Shown: positions 6,429 to 12,381 of the stretch, piece after piece | Numbering within the stretch: the stretch's first letter is position 1 | Layout: the number at the start of each line of letters is the position of its first letter | NCBI GenBank assembly: GCA_046726415.1 | Contig: JBKPAK010000206.1 | Location: 1 to 12,381 of the forward strand | Direction: 5' to 3' | Length of the DNA: 12,381 nucleotides | From: Candidatus Methylomirabilota bacterium | GTDB lineage: Bacteria > Methylomirabilota > Methylomirabilia > Rokubacteriales > CSP1-6 | Translations under genes and position numbers: made by a program | Notes under the pieces: model-generated | Seen by the model: the letters and a program-made list of their open reading frames with translations, nothing else | What the model was told of the DNA's origin: nothing | Databases searched by the model: none

Positions 6429-6580
6429 CGCCTCAGCACCGCGCAGCGGTGGAACACCGGCAGGACCTCGTCGGCCTTCGCTGCCGACAGGTTGAGGCCG
6501 AGGCGGGCCACGGCGGCGGCGCGATAGTGCTTGGCGAGCTCCAGGTCTTCCGGCATTGGGCGCATAAGGACCATCGACAT
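6413..6580 (-). pseudogene. Probable C-terminal fragment of an LLM-class (luciferase-like, F420/flavin-dependent) oxidoreductase
   Basis: MSMVLMRPMPEDLELAKHYRAAAVARLGLNLSAAKADEVLPVFHRCAVLRRH has coding-like third-position GC. It resembles, from my memory of the family, LLM C-termini (..eDl..l..Y...Gv.Rv...Lp.a.adevLp.ldr.a.l..). No search was run. Confidence 0.45.
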
Positions 6581-6594
6581 GTGCCCGCCACGGT

Positions 6595-7881
6595 TCAACC
6601 TCGGCGACGGCGCCGGACGGCGCCAACCAGCACGGCGCCGAGGCCCACCAGCGTCATGGGCACGCCGAGGACGAACCGCTGGCGCTGGCGCGCGCGCTGC
6701 TTGAGCTCGCGGAGCACCAGCCGGTCTCCCGTGATCAGCTCGGTCCGGCCCGCGATGTACTGACGCACGCGCTCCCGCATCTCGTCCGAGATCTTGCGCG
6801 TCCCCCACTGGGCTTCCTCCTGGATCTGGCGCGCGCGGTTCAGCTCGGCCAACCCCTCGTCAATGGCCTCCCGGCTCTCGGCGTAGGCCTGGCGCTCGTC
6901 GGCGTCGAGGAAGGCCAGGCGGACGGACGGCGCCGCCTCTTCCAGCCAGTCGAGCCAGAGATGGTCCATCGCGGGCACGGCGAGGAGAAGGAGACCGGCG
7001 AGCCCCACGAGGCCGGCCGTCGCGATGCCGACGCCAGCCAGGGCGCGGACGCCGGCGACCCTGACGCGTCGCACCGCTGCGCGGCCCGCAAGGGCGAGCG
7101 CGACCGCGCCGAGGAGGGCGCCGAAAGTGCCGACGATGGCCGCGCCTGTGGGCAGGTCCCAGGTCCAGGAGGCGAGCAGGCCGAGGACGCTGACGGCCAC
7201 CCCGAAGCCCCAGCCGGTGAGCAGACGGCCCGCGACGCCGCGGGCCAGCAGGGCGCCCACGACAGCAGGCACGATCAGGTAGGAAAAGACGAGCAGGACC
7301 CCGGCCAAGCGCACCGAGCTCGTGACCACGAAGCCGAAGGACAGATAGAGGACGAAATCCCACGCACGGAACGCGCGACCACGCCGCTGAGCGCCTTCGG
7401 GATCGAATGAGATGTCGAGGAGAGGGCGGCGGACCAGCCAGTGGACGGCGCCCACGACGGCGTAGAGGGCGGTGAGCGTGGCCAGATCGCCAGGGGTCAC
7501 CGTGAGGATGCTGCCGACCAGGAGCTGCTTGATGTGCTCGCTTCCCTGCGGCGCCCGGTCGACGACGAGCACGGCCACCGCCGCCGAGACGGCGTACACG
7601 ATGCCGATGATCGCCTCCTGGGGGATCGGCCCGCGACGCACACGACTCACGGCGAAGAGGCCGGCCCCGCCCACCGTGAAAGCCAGGGCGTACCAGTACG
7701 CCGCCTCGCCCTGGATGGGATGACCGGCCAGCATCGCGACCGAGAGACCCAGGGCGGCGACCTGGGCCAGCGCGAGGTCGACGAAGATGACGCCTCGGGC
7801 CAGCACGTGCAGGCCCAGGTAGACGTGGATACCCGTGAGGACCAGACAGGCCAGGAAGGGAATGGCAAGGAGCTCGACCAT
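6595..7881 (-). CDS. Metal (Zn/Mn) ABC-type permease (ABC-3, ZnuB/MntB-like) with a ~160-aa C-terminal extension, 428 aa
   Basis: Motifs LGLHVLARGVIFVDLALAQVAALG, QEAIIGIVY, LLVGSILTV, ISFDPEGAQRRG, SVRLAGVLLVFSYLIVPA and DLPTGAAIV. ATG lies 10 nt after the binding-protein stop. Confidence 0.93.
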   Translation of the reverse strand: MVELLAIPFLACLVLTGIHVYLGLHVLARGVIFVDLALAQVAALGLSVAMLAGHPIQGEAAYWYALAFTVGGAGLFAVSRVRRGPIPQEAIIGIVYAVSAAVAVLVVDRAPQGSEHIKQLLVGSILTVTPGDLATLTALYAVVGAVHWLVRRPLLDISFDPEGAQRRGRAFRAWDFVLYLSFGFVVTSSVRLAGVLLVFSYLIVPAVVGALLARGVAGRLLTGWGFGVAVSVLGLLASWTWDLPTGAAIVGTFGALLGAVALALAGRAAVRRVRVAGVRALAGVGIATAGLVGLAGLLLLAVPAMDHLWLDWLEEAAPSVRLAFLDADERQAYAESREAIDEGLAELNRARQIQEEAQWGTRKISDEMRERVRQYIAGRTELITGDRLVLRELKQRARQRQRFVLGVPMTLVGLGAVLVGAVRRRRRG

Positions 7882-7891
7882 TGGGCCGAGC

Positions 7892-8809
7892 TCAGCGCGC
7901 CCCGCCCAGCTCCGCAGTGAGGCGCCGGATGTTGACCTCGAAGAGCGAGAAGTAGTCGCTCGCCTCGGGATCGGCTCCCACCGACGGCACCAAAGTCACG
8001 ACGCGCGCCCCGCTCCGCGCGGCAACCTGGCGCACGACCGATTCGTTGGAGTAGGGTTCGGCGATGAGCAGGGCGACCCCAGCCTCACGCATTCGCTGAG
8101 GGAGGGTAGCCAGCGTCGAGGGCGACGGCGGGATGCCGGGCGTCGTCTCCACAGCAGCCACGATCGTCAGGCCGAACCGGCGGGCGAAGTACGGCCAGCT
8201 GTCGTGGACGACCACGACGCGCGTGCCCCGGTAGGGCGCCATGGCACGCAGCCACCCTGCCAAGGCGGTGTCGAGACGCTCGAGGAAGCGCCGCTGGCTC
8301 GACTCGAGTCGCGGCCGGTCAGCGGGAGCCAGACGTGCCAGGGCGTCGAGGATGGCAGTGGTGATCGGACGCGCATTCTCGGGATCGAGCCAGTAGTGCG
8401 TGTTGCCGTACGCGTGGACGTGGGCGGCGCCCTTTTCCCGGAGGCGGGGCGTCTCCGTCTGGAGCAGCTCGATGTTACTGGAAACGTCGAGGTAGTGGAG
8501 GCTACCCCGCGTGAGCCGTCGATCCCCGGCGGCTCGGAGCGCTCGGGTGAGCCAGGGTTCGTGGTCGAGCCCTATCCGAACGAGCAGGTTGGCGGTCTTG
8601 AGGCGGGCGATCTGACCTGGCTTGAGGTCGATTGCGTGCGGGTCTTGCGCCGGGGAGGCCAGGCTCTCGACCAGAACGCGATCGCCCCCCACGGCCTCGA
8701 CGAGAGCCTTGAGGTCGGTGGACGTCGTCACCACTGAAATCGGGCCGCCGCCCTCGGCGGGGGCGGCGGCCCACAGCGCGACGACGAGGGCGGCGAGCGC
8801 CCAGCGCAC
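7892..8809 (-). CDS. Metal ABC transporter substrate-binding protein (cluster A-I, ZnuA/TroA/PsaA-like), 305 aa
   Basis: Signal peptide MRWALAALVVALWAAAPAEG, then VVTT, VGGDRVLV, QDPH, GLDHEPW, HVHAYGNTHYWLDP, HDSWPYF, PGIPPSP and DYFSLF. GTG start lies 3 nt after the acetamidase stop. Confidence 0.95.
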   Translation of the reverse strand: MRWALAALVVALWAAAPAEGGGPISVVTTSTDLKALVEAVGGDRVLVESLASPAQDPHAIDLKPGQIARLKTANLLVRIGLDHEPWLTRALRAAGDRRLTRGSLHYLDVSSNIELLQTETPRLREKGAAHVHAYGNTHYWLDPENARPITTAILDALARLAPADRPRLESSQRRFLERLDTALAGWLRAMAPYRGTRVVVVHDSWPYFARRFGLTIVAAVETTPGIPPSPSTLATLPQRMREAGVALLIAEPYSNESVVRQVAARSGARVVTLVPSVGADPEASDYFSLFEVNIRRLTAELGGAR

Positions 8810-8812
8810 CTG

Positions 8813-9931
8813 CTACTTCTTGAACATTGACTTGGCGATCATGCAGTGCACGCCCTTGCGGATGTCCACCACCTGGGTCACGCGGCAGTCGGCGGTCATG
8901 GAGGCCAGCGAGTATGCCTCGTACCGATCCATGGGGACCATCGTCTGGCTGCTGAGGAAGTCGACTGTCTCCCGCACCGCGTTGACCATCGCCTTGTTGA
9001 GATCCTCGTCAAAGCCCATGAAGATCCAGTGGGTCTTAGTGTCGGCGCGAGGCCACTCGTGCTTGAGGTCCTTGCGCACGATCGGCTGCAGCACGATCTC
9101 GCGGAAAGAGCACTCCAGCCCCGTGAGGTTGACCTCGCCGTTGCCCTGACGGCAGTGAGAGTCACCCGTCCAGATCAGTCCGCCCTTGATGAAAACGGGA
9201 ATGTAGATCGTGCTGCCAGCCTGGAGCTCGTTGAGGTCCATGTTGGAGCCGTTCTTCCAGGGCCGCAGGGTGGACACCGGCGCCATCGGATCGTCCTTGA
9301 CCCCGCCCTTGCGCGGCGAGGGGTCGGTGGGGTCGATGCCGACCGCCAGCGTCCCCGGGAAGGGCGCCAGGTCGATGGTCACCCCGGGCTTAAACTCCAC
9401 CGAGCGCTTGCCCGGGATGAGCGTGAAGAACTTGATGAAGCCGTCCGGCATCTCCGGAGCCAGCGCGCCGATGGTGGGGAACTCCTTGCCGGGCAGGTTG
9501 AAGTTGATGCCGAAGTTCTTGGGGACGATTTTGAGGATCCGGATTTCCATGACGTCTCCGGGCTCCGCGCCGTTGACGTAGATGGGACCGGTCACGGAGT
9601 GCGGTCCGCCGCCGGGGTTCGCCTTCCGGAGCGCGGTGATCTCGTCCATGGTGATCCCGGGCTTGACCTTGTCGTGAGCGTGCATCATCGTCTCGATCGA
9701 TACGATGTCGCCGGACTCGATCGTCAGCTTGGGTGGCTCCTTGGGATCGAGCCACCCCCACTGCACGGTGTCCAGCGTCGACGCCAGACGATGACGCTTG
9801 CCCTCGGCCTTCATTGCCGGTGCCTTGGCGTCGCCCTTCGGCTGGGCCAAGGCGTAGAGCGCCGCCGAGAGCAGAACCACGAGGGCGGCGAGTGCGGTCG
9901 CGACGCGCTTGGGGCCTAGCGAGTTGCGCAT
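8813..9931 (-). CDS. Acetamidase/formamidase family protein (FmdA_AmdA) with an N-terminal Sec-type signal peptide, 372 aa
   Basis: Motifs TVQWGWLD, ESGDIVSIET, GPHSVTGPIYVNGAEPGD, PFPGT, GSNMD, GDSHCRQGNGEV, TGLE, EAYSLASM and TQVVDIRKGVHC. AAGGAGG RBS. The N-terminus is basic, then hydrophobic, then ALA. Confidence 0.94.
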   Translation of the reverse strand: MRNSLGPKRVATALAALVVLLSAALYALAQPKGDAKAPAMKAEGKRHRLASTLDTVQWGWLDPKEPPKLTIESGDIVSIETMMHAHDKVKPGITMDEITALRKANPGGGPHSVTGPIYVNGAEPGDVMEIRILKIVPKNFGINFNLPGKEFPTIGALAPEMPDGFIKFFTLIPGKRSVEFKPGVTIDLAPFPGTLAVGIDPTDPSPRKGGVKDDPMAPVSTLRPWKNGSNMDLNELQAGSTIYIPVFIKGGLIWTGDSHCRQGNGEVNLTGLECSFREIVLQPIVRKDLKHEWPRADTKTHWIFMGFDEDLNKAMVNAVRETVDFLSSQTMVPMDRYEAYSLASMTADCRVTQVVDIRKGVHCMIAKSMFKK

Positions 9932-9978
9932 AGCGCCTCCTTTGCGGGGCGGTTGAACGTGGCACCACGAGGATCGCT

Positions 9979-10008
9979 ATCATCGGGCGACGCGGCGGGC
10001 CGCGTCAA
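9979..10008 (-). promoter_or_regulatory. Putative sigma70 promoter of the acetamidase-metal transporter operon
   Basis: TTGACG (10008-10003), 18 nt, GATGAT (9984-9979), about 47 nt upstream of ATG 9931. Confidence 0.45.
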
Positions 10009-10095
10009 GCTACCGGAGCGCCATAGAGTAGTCCGTGAAGACGACCGCGGGGCGAAGTCCCTGCCACTTCATCTCAAAGGTTGTGAGGCCATCAA

Positions 10096-10155
10096 GGAGC
10101 GCCCGGGGCGCTTCCGAGGATTGGGGGTTTGGGGCATATCGCGGCCCCCCATGTC
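10096..10155. repeat. Two adjacent GC-rich hairpins just after the phosphatase stop (REP-like element or terminator)
   Basis: GGAGCGCC-CGG-GGCGCTTC at 10096-10114, and GGGGC (10131-10135) pairing with GCCCC (10144-10148), preceded by a second G-run at 10123-10127. Confidence 0.4.
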
Positions 10156-11661
10156 TCAACGAACGCGCCAGCTCTTGTCCACGTAGCGGCGCCCGTCCAC
10201 CTCCGACACCTGGATGGCGGCGCGGTAGGCGCCGGCTTCCACGGTGTGAACGCGCGTGTCGACGGCGAGCTGCTCCTCGTCGGGGCCGCCGCCCTCCAGC
10301 GCCTCACCCAGGACGCGGCCGTCGAGCCCGTCGCTCTCGTCGATGCCGAGGAGGGCGAGGATCGTCGGCGTCACGTCCACATTGCCCGCCGGCACGCTCA
10401 CCCTCGCCCGCTTCTTGAAGTCCACGCCCCAGGCCAGGAACGCGTTGCGGACGTTCCATGGACTCATGCTGCCGTGGTCACTCGCATACAGCTTGGCGCC
10501 GCCGCTGACGTTGGCCAGGTCAGTCCCAGGCACGCCGAACGCATTGGGCCGCGAGCTCCAGGGAAAGGTGACCAGCAGATCGGGCCCTCGCTCGTGGTTG
10601 GCCGCGTGGATCAGCTCGAGTGAGAACGTCCCCTCGACGCCGCCGCGGGGGTCGCCGGACGCTCGGGCGGCGGCGAAGATCGCCCCGCCCCACTCGCGCG
10701 ACTGGACGAAGCGCGCGATCCGCGTGATCCGCTCGCCGTCGTGGCCCTCGACGTGCAGCGCGACAGCCTGCCCGCTGCTGGCGAGCACGACTTCGCCAGA
10801 GTCGGGCGACGCCTTCAACCCGGCGTCGATCAGGGTGCGTGTGACGTCGACGCCGGCCGTGTTGGTGCTGAACCCGTGATCGGACACGACGAACACGTCG
10901 GTCGACGGCGCCAGGCCGAGGTCGTCGAGAGTCGCCAGCAGGCGCGCGATCTCGCGGTCGTCGTTTCGGAGGGCTTCGCGCGCCGACGGTGAGCCCACGC
11001 CAAGGTTGTGCTGGCTGTGATCCGGCTCGGTCAGCCAGTTGATCACGACGGCGGGATCGAGCTCGGGCAGCACGTACTCGCGGAGTACCCGCTGCGCCCA
11101 CGCCACCGCTGTGTCGTAACGGTCAGCGACTACCTTTACCGGGGCCGGCCCGAACTTGGCGAGGATGGTCGCGTTCACGTCAGCCGGATAGGCCACGGTT
11201 TTGCCCGGATCGAAGTCGCCGTTGACGAGGACGCCGACTCCCGAGGGCGCCCTGGGATTCAGCAGGAAGGCGCTCCCCGTCGAGCCCGAGCTCACTCCGG
11301 CCAGCCTCAGCCCGCGCGCCTGAAGACGCTCGGCGAGTGTTGGGGCGAGCACGAGTCGCCCGCCGGTGGCCTGGTCGAGCGTGCGGAGGTTGCGATAGTT
11401 GCCGGTGTCGAACGCGCGCCGCGGATCGACCGCCGGGATGTACATCTGGTTGCCCAGGATGCCATTCGTACCCGGCTGCGTCCCCGTCGAGACCGCGGCC
11501 GCGTTGACGCGGGTCACGGTTGGGAACACGGCGTGGCTGTTCGTGAAGTCCACGCCCTCGGTCCGAAGCCGGAAGAGGGTGGGCGTGTCCTCGGCGGTGA
11601 TGGCGTCGGGCCGGAGCCCGTCGACCACGAAGACGATGACGAGCCGCTTGTCGGTCGGCAT
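10156..11661 (-). CDS. Alkaline phosphatase superfamily protein (nucleotide pyrophosphatase/phosphodiesterase type), 501 aa
   Basis: Motifs VFVVDGLRPD, FPTVTRVNAAAVSTG (Thr nucleophile region), GILGN, EPDHSQH, VVSDHGF and SDHGSMS. No signal peptide from ATG 11661. The track's extension to 11907 overlaps the divergent pseudogene and is unlikely. Confidence 0.92.
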   Translation of the reverse strand: MPTDKRLVIVFVVDGLRPDAITAEDTPTLFRLRTEGVDFTNSHAVFPTVTRVNAAAVSTGTQPGTNGILGNQMYIPAVDPRRAFDTGNYRNLRTLDQATGGRLVLAPTLAERLQARGLRLAGVSSGSTGSAFLLNPRAPSGVGVLVNGDFDPGKTVAYPADVNATILAKFGPAPVKVVADRYDTAVAWAQRVLREYVLPELDPAVVINWLTEPDHSQHNLGVGSPSAREALRNDDREIARLLATLDDLGLAPSTDVFVVSDHGFSTNTAGVDVTRTLIDAGLKASPDSGEVVLASSGQAVALHVEGHDGERITRIARFVQSREWGGAIFAAARASGDPRGGVEGTFSLELIHAANHERGPDLLVTFPWSSRPNAFGVPGTDLANVSGGAKLYASDHGSMSPWNVRNAFLAWGVDFKKRARVSVPAGNVDVTPTILALLGIDESDGLDGRVLGEALEGGGPDEEQLAVDTRVHTVEAGAYRAAIQVSEVDGRRYVDKSWRVR

Positions 11662-11727
11662 GGGTGCTGGGTCGTCGCCCTCTGGTTGTACTACATTCGC
11701 CCCTCGACGCGCGGGCCGTTGCTGCGC

Positions 11728-11736
11728 TGTGATAAT
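11728..11736 (+). promoter_or_regulatory. Putative extended -10 element for the amidohydrolase pseudogene
   Basis: TGTGATAAT (TGn-GATAAT) lies about 73 nt upstream of ATG 11810, which has a GGAGGAG RBS at 11800-11806. Confidence 0.5.
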
Positions 11737-11809
11737 CTGCGCGCGCGCAATGGAGCGTGAATCGCGCCCGCCACGCCGCCCACCGCAGCAGACTCGACCG
11801 GAGGAGACT

Positions 11810-12238
11810 ATGACCCGCAGAGATTCGTCGAGGATGCCGCTGGCGCGACGGCCGGCATCGCGTTTGTCGCATGCGGACTGCCGAGCGCGACGCCCGCCCA
11901 GGCGCAAGCGCGCCGCCGCGAAGTGTTGGTAACGGCCGGCGCGTGAAGACGGTCGACGTGCACGCGCACTGTGCGGTCCCCGAGGCGATGGCCCTGATGG
12001 GGCGAAAGGTCGAGACGCCGGCGCTGCTCATGTCGAGTTGGCTAAAGGGCAACGGCGGGCTGGGAACGTCATCGGCAATCCGCTGGAGACCGCGATCGCG
12101 CTCTCGCACCTGATCTTCGAGGGCACCCTCGACCGCTTTCCTGGGCTGAAGATCTGCGCGGCCCACGGCGGCGGTTACTTGCCCTCGTACGCGGCGCGTT
12201 CCGATGCCGGGCGCGTGACCGTCCCCGACCGATGCACT
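11810..12238 (+). pseudogene. Decayed Tat-exported ACMSD-like amidohydrolase: three single-base frameshifts, a large internal deletion and 3' truncation
   Basis: Reconstruction: MTRR(x)FVEDAAGATAGIAFVACGLPSATPAQAQARRREVL(V)NGRRVKTVDVHAHCAVPEAMALMGRKVETPALLMS // LKGNGGL(G)NVIGNPLETAIALSHLIFEGTLDRFPGLKICAAHGGGYLPSYAARSDAGRVTVPDRCT. Frame breaks occur near 11823, 11930 and 12064. The MD..GvD, ELERAV and FxHP block and the YYD/GxDxPF C-terminus seen in 2520..3521 are missing. Confidence 0.9.
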
Positions 12239-12337
12239 AACCCAACTTCCACGGTAGCGAACGGCGAAACGGCCGATTCCGGCCATCGCCGCGCCGCAAG
12301 TACGCGTGATTTCGTGCGCGACCTGCGTTGATGGCCG

Positions 12338-12381
12338 AAATAGTGACTAATTCTCGCCGGTGTTTTCCTTGACGAATCGAG
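12338..12381 (+). promoter_or_regulatory. Possible -35 hexamer with AT-rich upstream sequence for a gene beyond the window edge
   Basis: An AT-rich stretch (aaatagtgactaattc...tgttttcc) is followed by TTGACG near 12369-12374. The -10 element would lie outside the window. Confidence 0.3.

Noticed and set aside
3000..6626. The 1208-aa track ORF as a single real protein
   Set aside because: Residues upstream of ATG 5957 are antisense to the 6123..6428 gene and its promoter, and residues after 3972 are out-of-frame read-through.
2520..8809. Assigning specific gene symbols (acmsd/nbaD, cyaA, znuA/znuB, mntB/mntC)
   Set aside because: Family membership is clear, but substrate or metal specificity and orthology cannot be determined from motifs alone.
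10010..10072. 20-aa ORF as a leader peptide for the amidase operon
   Set aside because: It lies upstream of the predicted promoter, has no clear RBS and has no regulatory codon run. It is kept only as part of a low-interest finding.
9932..10155. Known riboswitch (yybP-ykoY, NiCo, guanidine, cobalamin) or Zur/Fur box upstream of the metal transporter operon
   Set aside because: I could not find their conserved sequence elements or an AT-rich palindrome by eye, and the predicted leader is only about 40 nt. An Rfam scan would settle it.

Overview
GC-rich bacterial window whose gene families (DZR-cyclase-ATPase-TPR protein, ACMSD-like amidohydrolases) suggest Candidatus Rokubacteria or a similar soil lineage; this is inference only. 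In order it holds: the 3' end of a probable methyltransferase; a CMD/AhpD-like gene; a 110-bp cluster of direct and inverted repeats; a small membrane protein and an 8-Cys protein; a crotonase; a ~107-bp remnant copy of the cyclase gene's promoter and 5' end; an intact amidohydrolase; a cyclase/STAND ATPase/TPR gene broken by a frameshift and probable internal deletion; a small membrane protein; a probable LLM oxidoreductase fragment; an operon of a signal-peptide-bearing acetamidase/formamidase, a Zn/Mn-binding protein and a C-terminally extended permease with no ATPase gene; an alkaline-phosphatase-superfamily gene; and a decayed Tat-exported amidohydrolase. I found no CRISPR array, rRNA, tRNA, transposase or integrase. 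The best candidates for something undescribed are the amidase/ATPase-less metal transporter operon and the repeat cluster at 630-740. Neither can be shown to be novel from sequence alone.
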